From positions 1-16,168 of the forward strand of contig CBINJL010000008.1 in assembly GCA_966250925.1 (NCBI GenBank): a DNA stretch of 16,168 nucleotides, in the 5' to 3' direction. This DNA comes from an uncultured Opitutus sp. Lineage in GTDB: Bacteria; Verrucomicrobiota; Verrucomicrobiia; Opitutales; Opitutaceae. Position 1 is the first letter of the stretch, and each line of letters starts with the position of its first letter. The position numbers were made by a program, and so were the translations under genes. Below, one piece after another: positions 1 through 7,949 of the stretch. The notes under the pieces are model-generated. The model saw only the letters and a list, made by a program, of their open reading frames with translations, was not told where the DNA came from and made no database searches.

Positions 1-648
1 TGGGCCGTCGACGCTGACGCCCATGAACGTCTGCGGCTGGGCGGCGGCGCGAATGGCGTTGATCGCGGTGCCGAGCGAGCCGTCGGTGCCGTTCTTGAAT
101 CCCAACGGCATCGAAAGGCCCGAGGCCATCTGGCGGTGGGTTTGCGATTCGGTGGTGCGGGCGCCCACGGCGGACCAGCAGATGAGATCAGCAATGTATT
201 GCGGCGTGATCGGATCGAGCAGTTCGGTCGCGGTCGGCAGACCAAGATCGAGCACTTCACGCAGAAAGGTGCGGGCGGTGCGGAGGCCGCCGGCGATGTC
301 GTGTGACCCGTCGAGATGCGGGTCCATGATCAGGCCCTTCCAGCCGACGGTCGTGCGCGGCTTTTCAAAATAGACGCGCATGACGACGAGGATGCGGTCG
401 GAAACCTCGGCGGCGAGGGCGGCGAGGCGGCGGGCATAGTCGCGACCGGCCTCCAGATCGTGAATGGAGCAGGGGCCGACGATGAGCAGGAAACGCTTGT
501 CCTCGGTGAAAATCACGCGGTGCAAATCCTGACGCGTGCGGGTGACGAAGTCCGATTGCGGCGCCGACTTGGGCAGCTCGGCGAAAAGTGTCTGCGGGGA
601 CGGCAGTTCGCGGGTTTCGAGGACGTTGATATCGGACGTGCGTTGCAT
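1..648 (-). CDS. aroG: 3-deoxy-7-phosphoheptulonate (DAHP) synthase, class I (AroG/F/H type); first 216 codons, C-terminus lies beyond the window start
   Basis: My own translation of the minus strand from ATG at 648-646 gives MQRTSDINVLETRELPSPQTLFAELP...RFLLIVGPCSIHD...VMRVYFEKPRTTVGWKGLIMDPHLDGS...WSAVGARTTESQTHRQMASGLSMPLGFKNGTDG. This is near-collinear with E. coli AroG motifs (GPCSIHD, RVYFEKPRTTVGWKG, GARTTESQ, GFKNGTDG). It is absent from the ORF track because it runs off the window edge without a stop. Confidence 0.93.
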   Translation of the reverse strand, partial: MQRTSDINVLETRELPSPQTLFAELPKSAPQSDFVTRTRQDLHRVIFTEDKRFLLIVGPCSIHDLEAGRDYARRLAALAAEVSDRILVVMRVYFEKPRTTVGWKGLIMDPHLDGSHDIAGGLRTARTFLREVLDLGLPTATELLDPITPQYIADLICWSAVGARTTESQTHRQMASGLSMPLGFKNGTDGSLGTAINAIRAAAQPQTFMGVSVDGP

Positions 649-735
649 GAACCGGCCAAATTGGAGGAGCAACGCCTCCCGGGGCAAGTCCGGCGATGAC
701 GGCTCGCACGAGTCGTGCCGCCGGAGGGAATCAGC

Positions 736-897
736 CTGAATCCCGCAGTTTCACCGCAGAGGCCACAGAGATCACAGAGTGAGATTCAGTCAAACGCACC
801 TTGCCCTGCGTTCGTCTGCGGGGTGAGTGCCTGCGGCGTTGTTGCCTCTCCCTTTCCGCAGGTTTTGCGTCCTCCGCGTTAAATATCAATTGCGGAA
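736..897 (-). repeat. Intergenic repeat element, copy 1 (same family as 3544-3657, opposite orientation)
   Basis: The minus strand reads ttccgcaattgatatttaacgc...gtgaaactgcgggattcag. Copy 2 reads ttccgcagcttatatttaacgc...gtgaaatccgaagattcag. The 5' 22 nt match 19/22 and the 3' ends share gtgaaa...gattcag, while the interior is variable. This explains the shared PQLIFNA peptide in spurious ORFs 731-1099(-) and 2787-3749(+). Confidence 0.6.
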
Positions 898-963
898 CAT
901 AGGATCTGGAGGCGAGGGGAGTGGGCGAACGGTTTGTCGCCTTGGCGTCGTCGCGGAATCCGG

Positions 964-1004
964 ACAAAAAGTTGGCCGGTCGCCTACCCCTAAGCGACCG
1001 GCCA
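964..1004 (-). terminator. Intrinsic-terminator-like hairpin (GC-rich 10-11 bp stem) with a T-tract on the minus strand; T-rich on the plus side too, so possibly bidirectional
   Basis: ggccggtcgc (974-983) and gcgaccggcc (994-1003) form a perfect stem with a 10-nt loop. The minus strand continues aactttttg; the plus strand continues atttgctttctt. It lies in a divergent intergenic region (aroG leftward, ygfZ rightward). Confidence 0.4.
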
Positions 1005-1020
1005 TTTGCTTTCTTAGTTA

Positions 1021-1045
1021 CCCCAAAACTCCCGCTAGGCGGGAG
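1021..1045 (-). terminator. Second small hairpin plus TTTT on the minus strand
   Basis: ctcccgc (1029-1035) and gcgggag (1039-1045) form a 7-bp stem with a 3-nt loop. On the minus strand it is followed by ttttgggg. Confidence 0.3.
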
Positions 1046-1131
1046 AAGTAGAAATCTGATGTTGCGAGAAGAAGAGATTCGGTGACGTTGGTCAACCAAA
1101 AGTTTTCAAAAACTTCCATGATTTAGCTTAA

Positions 1132-2052
1132 ATGATTGAAAATAAGATAAATAAAAAACGCCTGGAATTTGCAAAAGGTGTTTCGTTACGTGGTCGTAAC
1201 CCGCAGGCCGTCATAAAAGTGACGGGCGAAGACGCGTTGCAGTTCCTGCAGGGGCAGTTTTCGCAGGAGCTGCGCCCGGGGCGGGCGGAGGCGGCGAGCT
1301 ATGGGTTGTGGTTGAATCGGAAGGGACGGATCGAGGGCGACAGCGTAGTGGTGCGGGAAAGCGCCGAGAGCTGCTGGATTCTGTCCTGGAGTCTGGCGGC
1401 GACCGATCTGATAGCGCGGTTGGAGGCGTTCATCATCGCCGACGACGTTCAGTTGGAGGATGAAACCGCGGCGTGGCGGGGCTGGGAATTGCTCGGCCCT
1501 GGGATCACGGCCTGGGCGGCCGAAGCGTCCGCGCGGGGTGAGCTGCGTTTTGCGGCGCCGGCTCCCGCGGCGGCGGATTGCGAGCGGATGTGGGTGGTGG
1601 CCGAGAACGAACCCCGCTGGCCGGTGGAGTGGGCGCAGGCGGATGATCGTGATGTGACGCGGCGGCGCATTGTGACCGGGTTGCCGGAAGTGCCGGGTGA
1701 TGCCGGGGCGGAAGATTTGCCGCAGGAAGCCGGACTGGTCGCGGCCGGGGTGTCGTTTACCAAGGGCTGTTATCTCGGTCAGGAAGTCATGGCCCGTTTG
1801 CAGGCCACGGGGCGGGTGCGGCGTCGGTTGGTGCGCGTCCTTGGGCCGGGCGCGGCGCCGGAAGCGGCGGCGGCCGGGTTGTATGTCGGGACGAAGCAGG
1901 TGGGCGAACTGCGCTCGCGTATTGATTTGGATGATACGGCGTGGGCCGGACTGGCAATGCTGTCGCTGGCGAGCTGGTCGCCGGGCGTGAAGCTGGCGTT
2001 GGCTCCCGACGGCGAGGCGGTGATCGAGGTGATGGAGGAAGACGTCGGATGA
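1132..2052 (+). CDS. ygfZ: Folate-binding YgfZ / aminomethyltransferase (GcvT)-like Fe-S cluster assembly/repair factor
   Basis: 306-aa ORF. The N-terminal VIKVTGEDALQFLQGQFSQEL fits the GcvT/YgfZ fold start, and the C-terminal FTKGCYLGQEVMARLQATGRVRRRL contains the YgfZ signature K-G-C-Y-x-G-Q-E. ATG 1132 is the only in-frame canonical start upstream of the conserved strand. The first about 10 codons are unusually AT-rich. Confidence 0.85.
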   Translation: MIENKINKKRLEFAKGVSLRGRNPQAVIKVTGEDALQFLQGQFSQELRPGRAEAASYGLWLNRKGRIEGDSVVVRESAESCWILSWSLAATDLIARLEAFIIADDVQLEDETAAWRGWELLGPGITAWAAEASARGELRFAAPAPAAADCERMWVVAENEPRWPVEWAQADDRDVTRRRIVTGLPEVPGDAGAEDLPQEAGLVAAGVSFTKGCYLGQEVMARLQATGRVRRRLVRVLGPGAAPEAAAAGLYVGTKQVGELRSRIDLDDTAWAGLAMLSLASWSPGVKLALAPDGEAVIEVMEEDVG

Positions 2053-2282
2053 CCGAAACCGAACAGATTGCGGCGTTGTGCCGGCAGTGGGGCGCGGCGC
2101 CGGAGCAGGCGCAGACAATGGCGCGGCAACTTTTGAAACGGGCGGAGCAATTGGCGGAACAGCGCGGGTGTTCGCGCGTGGACGCGTTGCAATATCTCCT
2201 GAACCTCACTTTGCGGGGCGCGCGGGGAGAATCGCCGCCCGGTTTTGAAGGCGGGGCGCCGCCGGCGGCGCCAGGCGATTGA
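2049..2282 (+). CDS. Small hypothetical protein (77 aa), translationally coupled to ygfZ
   Basis: ATG 2049-2051 overlaps the ygfZ stop TGA 2050-2052 (ATGA). Product is MTETEQIAALCRQWGAAPEQAQTMARQLLKRAEQLAEQRGCSRVDALQYLLNLTLRG... Third-position GC bias resembles the neighbouring genes. I recognise no family. The track ORF 1941-2282 is the same frame extended into ygfZ. Confidence 0.5.
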   Translation: MTETEQIAALCRQWGAAPEQAQTMARQLLKRAEQLAEQRGCSRVDALQYLLNLTLRGARGESPPGFEGGAPPAAPGD

Positions 2283-2313
2283 CGGCGGCGCGGGCGATGT
2301 CTCAAGTCGGCGC

Positions 2314-3459
2314 ATGCTGTCTGCCCGCCTCGTGTCTCTTTTCAGCGAAAACTACGGTCGTTCCCCGACGATTGTCACCCGTGCGCCGGGGCGGATCGAA
2401 TTCATCGGCAACCACACTGATTACAACGGCGGCGCGGTGTTGGGCGCGGCGATCGATCGCAGTGTTTGGGTGGCGGTGGCGCCGCGGGAGGACGGCGTGC
2501 GACGCTTCCTGAGCGAAGGCCAGGGCGGGGTTATTATCGAGCAAACCGGCGATCCGGTGCGGGCGGAAGGTGCGACGAGTTGGATCAATTATCCGCAGGG
2601 TGTGCTGGCGGGCATGACGGCGCGGGGATTGAAGCTGCCGGGCGGGTTCGACTACGCGGTGCTTTCCGATCTGCCGACCGGCGCAGGGCTGAGCAGCAGT
2701 GCGGCGATCGAGCTGGCGTCGGCGCTGGCGTTTCTGGCGCTCACCGGCGAGGAGTTGTCGCGGGTGGAGTTGGTTAAACTCGGCCGGTGGGCGGAGAACG
2801 AATTTGTGGGCGTGCCCTGCGGCATTCTCGATCAGGGCGTGTCCGGCTTTGGCCGCGCGGATCATCTGGTGCACATCGATTGCCGCGGGCCGGAATTTGC
2901 CACCGTGCCGATGCCGGCGGGCACGCATTTCTGGGTATTCAACACCCATGTCGGGCACGCGTTGGTCGACGGGCTTTATGCGGCGCGTCATCGCGAATGC
3001 ATGACGGCGGCGCAGGTCTTGGATGTGGCGTGGCTGACCGAGGCCGACAGTGCGCAGTTGGAAGCGGCGAAATCGCAGCTCGACGACACGGTTTACCGGC
3101 GGGCGCGGCATGTGATCGAGGAGCACGGTCGCGTGCAGGCAGCGCAGGCCGCCTTGGCGGCGGGCGACTCGGCTGCGGTCGGCGCCTTGCTCACGGCCTC
3201 GCATCGCAGTTCGCAGCATCTTTTTGGCAACAGCACCGAGCAATTGGATTGGCTGGTCGACACCCTCACGGCCGAACGCGGCGTGTTCGGCGCCCGCCTG
3301 ACCGGCGGTGGTTTCGGCGGCGCGGTGATGGCGTGGACGGATGCGACTTTCGACGAAGCGGCAGCGCAACGGGTCGGCGCCGCCTACGGCGAACGCTGGG
3401 GGCAGCCCTCGGTGCCGTTGCATCTGCGCACCGGCGACGGCGCGCAGCGGATGGAATAG
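2314..3459 (+). CDS. galK: Galactokinase-family GHMP sugar kinase
   Basis: RAPGRIEFIGNHTDYNGG (galactokinase N-terminal signature region), PTGAGLSSSAAIE (GHMP ATP-binding motif), PCGILDQ (catalytic Asp region) and LTGGGFGG (GHMP motif 3). I chose ATG 2314 (MLSARLVSLF...) because the track start at 2245 adds an Arg-rich extension overlapping the upstream ORF. Ends in TAG. Confidence 0.87.
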   Translation: MLSARLVSLFSENYGRSPTIVTRAPGRIEFIGNHTDYNGGAVLGAAIDRSVWVAVAPREDGVRRFLSEGQGGVIIEQTGDPVRAEGATSWINYPQGVLAGMTARGLKLPGGFDYAVLSDLPTGAGLSSSAAIELASALAFLALTGEELSRVELVKLGRWAENEFVGVPCGILDQGVSGFGRADHLVHIDCRGPEFATVPMPAGTHFWVFNTHVGHALVDGLYAARHRECMTAAQVLDVAWLTEADSAQLEAAKSQLDDTVYRRARHVIEEHGRVQAAQAALAAGDSAAVGALLTASHRSSQHLFGNSTEQLDWLVDTLTAERGVFGARLTGGGFGGAVMAWTDATFDEAAAQRVGAAYGERWGQPSVPLHLRTGDGAQRME

Positions 3460-3491
3460 CCGCGCAAAGAACAAGGGTGAGCGATCTCACC

Positions 3492-3705
3492 GGAGAACGG
3501 ACGTCCTCGTCCGTTCAGCCTGTGGCCTGCGGCTCAGCCCATATTCCGCAGCTTATATTTAACGCAAAGAGCGCAGAGACGCGCAAAGTGCGCAAAGAAA
3601 AGCGGTGGTGGAATTGCGACGACGCTTCGTTAGCTTCTGTGAAATCCGAAGATTCAGCGCGATTGGTATCAGGCGCACTGGAACGGACGAGGACGTCCGT
3701 TCTCC
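3492..3705. repeat. Element bounded by 25-bp perfect inverted repeats, each arm itself a 9-bp-stem hairpin
   Basis: 3492-3516 ggagaacggacgtcctcgtccgttc is the exact reverse complement of 3681-3705 gaacggacgaggacgtccgttctcc. Within each arm, gaacggacg/cgtccgttc pair around a 4-nt loop. It sits in the convergent galK/pilD gap, so each transcript meets the same hairpin first. Confidence 0.85.
3544..3657 (+). repeat. Intergenic repeat element, copy 2 (CGCAAAG-rich), same family as 736-897
   Basis: ttccgcagcttatatttaacgcaaagagcgcagagacgcgcaaagtgcgcaaagaaaa...cttctgtgaaatccgaagattcag. The termini match copy 1. It contains three cgcaaag repeats plus one cgcagag. Confidence 0.6.
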
Positions 3706-3735
3706 TTTGGCCGCGTTTTTACTGCGCGGTTCGTT

Positions 3736-4650
3736 TCACCATAGGCTGAGCAACTGCTCCACGTAGGGATCGAAGACGTGGTTGGCGCCGAGCAGGTAGA
3801 TCGCGGCGGCGATCGCGAGCATCGGGCCAAACGGCACCTGAGCGCCGAATCCGAGATCGGTTTCCTCGCCTTCGGGCGTTTCGGCGCGCAGCGCAGCCGT
3901 CTGGCGTTTGCCGGTGACGGATTGCAGGCCGAGTGCGATCACGCACCACACTGTGCCGACGATGGCGCCGGCGAAGATGGCAAACACCGCGCCCTGCCAC
4001 CCGAGGAAGGCGCCGATCAGGCCCATGAATTTCACGTCGCCGAAACCCATGGCCTCTTTTTTCAGCACGGCCTCAGCCAGCAGGCCGATCCAGAGGATGA
4101 TGCCCGAGCCGATCAACGCGCCCAACATCGCGCCGAACCCGGCATGCAGGCTGGCGAGGAGCCAGATCGGTTCCAGCGAGCCGCCGACCAGCGGCGGAAA
4201 AAGGAACGCCAGCGCCACGCCCACCACCGTGCCGCCGATGCTGATGCCGTCGGGGATGATCATGTGGTCGAGATCGATGAAGGTCGCCGCGACCAACAGG
4301 CTCAACAGCACCATGCCACCGATGGCGGCGAACGGCGGATATTGCCACCAGCACGCCAGAAAAAGTCCGGCCGTGAGGGCTTCCACCGCGGCGTAGCGGA
4401 GGGAATAGTGGCGTCCGCAGCAACGGGCGCGACCGCGCAGCAGAAACCAGCTCAGCACCGGAATGTTGTCATACCACTTGATCGGCGCGCCGCAGGCGCA
4501 GCGTGAGCCGGGATGCACGACCGAAAGTCCGGCCGGCACACGATAGATGACGACGTTGAGAAAACTGCCGACCACGGCGCCCAGCACGGCGGCGACGGTG
4601 GCGAAGAACCACGGAAACGCCGCATTGAACTCGTCAAACGCGAAGCCCAT
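3736..4650 (-). CDS. pilD: Type IV prepilin leader peptidase / N-methyltransferase (peptidase A24)
   Basis: 304 aa and polytopic. N-terminal FLNVVIYRVP, Cys cluster SRCACGAPIKWYDNIPVLSWFLLRGRARCCG, and the two catalytic Asp motifs DLDHMIIPD and GFGDVKFMGLIGAFLGW. Confidence 0.92.
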   Translation of the reverse strand: MGFAFDEFNAAFPWFFATVAAVLGAVVGSFLNVVIYRVPAGLSVVHPGSRCACGAPIKWYDNIPVLSWFLLRGRARCCGRHYSLRYAAVEALTAGLFLACWWQYPPFAAIGGMVLLSLLVAATFIDLDHMIIPDGISIGGTVVGVALAFLFPPLVGGSLEPIWLLASLHAGFGAMLGALIGSGIILWIGLLAEAVLKKEAMGFGDVKFMGLIGAFLGWQGAVFAIFAGAIVGTVWCVIALGLQSVTGKRQTAALRAETPEGEETDLGFGAQVPFGPMLAIAAAIYLLGANHVFDPYVEQLLSLW

Positions 4651-4674
4651 CGGCGAGGCGGCAGGCGCGACGGG

Positions 4675-5091
4675 TCAGAAGCCCGGTTCGGCGGGAATCA
4701 CGCCGACGATCTTGATCTCGATCGGACCGATCTCGGACGCGAGCCCGAGGTTGTCGCGATAGATGTCGGTGATCTCCTGGGTGAGGTAACCCTGAATGGC
4801 GTCCAACTTGGCCTCGGGGCGGACCTTGAGGCGGAGGCGGGTGGAGAATTGATCCTTGCGGATGCGGATGGAGGCGCGGGCGGAGGCGACGCCTTTGACC
4901 TGTTCGCAACAGGCCTCGACCATCCGGTGGAGGGCGCGGCGCGAGATGAGCAGGCGGCCTTTTTCGTTGGAAGCGAGCGGCAGCGCGCGAGGTTGGCGGA
5001 GCAGCAGGATGACCAGCAGCAGCGCGAGTCCACCGCCGATGGCGATGGTCAGATTGGGGGTGCTGAAAAGGTAGTCGGTCAGGGGGCTCAC
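4675..5091 (-). CDS. Asp23-associated membrane protein (AmaP-like alkaline shock response membrane anchor)
   Basis: 138 aa with one N-terminal TM segment (LTIAIGGGLALLLVILLL) followed by an Asp23-like soluble region. It lies immediately downstream of an Asp23/Gls24 gene, which is the usual pairing. The family assignment rests on architecture and context. Confidence 0.55.
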   Translation of the reverse strand: MSPLTDYLFSTPNLTIAIGGGLALLLVILLLRQPRALPLASNEKGRLLISRRALHRMVEACCEQVKGVASARASIRIRKDQFSTRLRLKVRPEAKLDAIQGYLTQEITDIYRDNLGLASEIGPIEIKIVGVIPAEPGF

Positions 5092-5116
5092 GGGCGAAAA
5101 GGCGGGGCTGCGAGGC

Positions 5117-5554
5117 TCAGTCGGTGGCGGTTTGTTCCGGCCAGAGATCGTCCTCGGCGGTGGGCTTTTCGCTCGGGAGGCGGACGCCTTCGATGATCAC
5201 GTCGACCTTGGCAACGTCCTTGCCGGTCATGGCCATGAGTTGCTTGCGCACGTCGACCTGCACCTCGTAGGCGGTGCGGCCGATTTCGGCGCCGTAGGTT
5301 ACGACGAGGCGCACCTCGATGGCGTATTCGCCGTTTTCGGATTCGTTGACCCGCACGCCGCGGTGATCGGCTTCCTTCTTGGTGAAGATTTCCCCGATGC
5401 CGTCGACGATGCCGCCGCCCACTCCGGCCACGCCCGCCACCTGCAGGGCGGCGAGCCGCACGATGCCGGCGATGACGTTGTGGTTGATCTTGATGTCTCC
5501 CAGATCGGGCTGGTCGTCGAAACGCGGAGACTGGGGATACTCGGTCGATTGCAT
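5117..5554 (-). CDS. Asp23/Gls24 family envelope stress response protein
   Basis: 145 aa. INHNVIAGIVRLAALQVAGVAGV...VRVNESENGEYAIEVRLVVTYGAEIGRTAYEVQVDVRKQLMAMTGKDVAKVDVIIEGV matches the typical Asp23 domain pattern. Confidence 0.85.
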   Translation of the reverse strand: MQSTEYPQSPRFDDQPDLGDIKINHNVIAGIVRLAALQVAGVAGVGGGIVDGIGEIFTKKEADHRGVRVNESENGEYAIEVRLVVTYGAEIGRTAYEVQVDVRKQLMAMTGKDVAKVDVIIEGVRLPSEKPTAEDDLWPEQTATD

Positions 5555-5630
5555 GTGCGGACGTTGCTAGGGAAGTCCCCGCCGCGTGGCAAGGCTGGGC
5601 CGGGGCGGGAACGCACAAGCGTGGCCACCC

Positions 5631-5664
5631 CGGTGAAAACAATCCGGCGCGATTCGTGCGCCGG
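5631..5664 (-). terminator. Rho-independent terminator candidate downstream of accC
   Basis: ccggcgc (5644-5650) and gcgccgg (5658-5664) form a 7-bp stem with a 7-nt loop. On the minus strand it is followed by attgttttcacc and starts 13 nt after the accC stop. Confidence 0.45.
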
Positions 5665-5676
5665 CGTGCGGACCGC

Positions 5677-7047
<1,371 letters not shown>

Positions 7048-7135
7048 GCGAAAAAGGGACGGGATTCGGGATGGCGGAGCAACCGGAGGTCCCGCCTTGG
7101 ACGATACTAGCGACTGGAAGGTCGGAACGGGCCGA

Positions 7136-7687
7136 TCAGCCCGCCTTCACCTTGAAGAGGCGTTGGCCGTATTCGACCGGTTCGCCATTTTCGACCAGGG
7201 CCTCGATCACGGTGCCCTTCACCTCGGCCTGGATCTCGTTCATGATCTTCATGGCTTCGATGATGCAGACGACGGAGTTTTCGGCGACCTTGGTGCCGAC
7301 TTCCGCGAAAGGCTTGGAGTCCGGAGAAGGCGAACGGTAGAACGTGCCGACCATCGGGGACTTGATGTAGGTGACGCCCGCTTCCTCGGCCGCATCACCG
7401 GCGGGAGCCGGGGCGAGCGAGGCGGCGACCGGCGCGGGGGCCGGGGCCGGTTCGGCGGCCACCACGAACGGAGCGGTGGTGGCGGGAGCGGAGCTGGCGA
7501 AAGGCGCGACGCCGCCGCGGCGGATCTTCAGCTTGAAGCCCTCCTCTTCGACGGCGAACTCGCTGAGTTCGGCGCGCTTCATCAATTCGATGATCTGCTT
7601 GATTTGTTTTAGATCCAAAACGGTGCCTGGGTTGAATTTCGGACGGTGTCTGGCAGGGTTAGTGACCTGCCGGAGCCCGCCGTTCAA
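7136..7687 (-). CDS. accB: Acetyl-CoA carboxylase biotin carboxyl carrier protein (BCCP)
   Basis: Biotinylation motif [15 protein letters not shown], Ala/Pro linker [13 protein letters not shown]-terminal [21 protein letters not shown]. The track start is TTG at 7687. An in-frame TTG at 7618 (giving M-DLKQIKQ..., about 160 aa) looks like the more typical BCCP start, so the 5' end is uncertain. Confidence 0.9.
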   Translation of the reverse strand: MNGGLRQVTNPARHRPKFNPGTVLDLKQIKQIIELMKRAELSEFAVEEEGFKLKIRRGGVAPFASSAPATTAPFVVAAEPAPAPAPVAASLAPAPAGDAAEEAGVTYIKSPMVGTFYRSPSPDSKPFAEVGTKVAENSVVCIIEAMKIMNEIQAEVKGTVIEALVENGEPVEYGQRLFKVKAG

Positions 7688-7749
7688 AAAGAATTAACGA
7701 GAAAGGTGCAATGCCGGTTTTTCAGTCGGTTTTGGCCAAATATTGGCAA

Positions 7750-7822
7750 AAAACGCGTTTTGTCGGAGGATTTTTAACAATTTTGGCGGATTTCGCCCGT
7801 TGGCCGGTTTTTCGCGAAAAAC
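7750..7822. promoter_or_regulatory. Two perfect CGCG-centred A/T-tract palindromes in the accB/ligA divergent promoter region (candidate operators)
   Basis: aaaacgcgtttt (7750-7761, 12 bp) and gtttttcgcgaaaaac (7807-7822, 16 bp), with centres 59 bp apart. The surrounding 7690-7900 is AT-rich with recurring ttttggc/ttttgcg motifs. Confidence 0.3.
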
Positions 7823-7949
7823 GACGTCGGGAACTTTTGGCGAGAGTTTTGCGAAAGATTCCAGCGCGCGATCCCGTTTCAAACCCATGTCTCCAGTGCG
7901 GTCATGGTTTTGTCTTTGCAGTTTAATCGGGTTGATCGGCGCGCTGGTG

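Noticed and set aside
731-1099. 122-aa minus ORF in the aroG/ygfZ gap
   Set aside because: It spans the repeat element and both hairpins. Its PQLIFNAEDAK segment is the translated repeat terminus shared with the 3544-3657 copy, and the composition is unlike real genes here.
1186-2315. ORFs 1186-2118(-), 1779-2315(-), 1787-2305(-) and others over ygfZ
   Set aside because: Antisense shadows of ygfZ and the small coupled ORF; Arg/Pro-rich low-complexity products.
2302-3749. ORFs 2302-3474(-) 390 aa and 2787-3749(+) 320 aa overlapping galK
   Set aside because: They are antisense or off-frame to a well-supported galactokinase and are Arg/Gly/Ala-rich. The tail of the plus ORF runs through the intergenic repeat, and its IPQLIFNAKSAETRKVRKEK peptide is repeat-derived.
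3778-5196. Plus-strand ORFs 3778-4506 and 4513-5196 over pilD and the AmaP-like gene
   Set aside because: Antisense to genes with clear family motifs or membrane topology; Gly/Asp/Ala/Arg-rich shadow translations.
7743-7949. N-terminal 69-codon extension of ligA given by the ORF track (TTG/ATG-permissive longest ORF)
   Set aside because: The extension lies in the AT-rich, palindrome-containing intergenic island and has no similarity to LigA. Homology begins at MAEPELAQRIEAL (ATG 7950).
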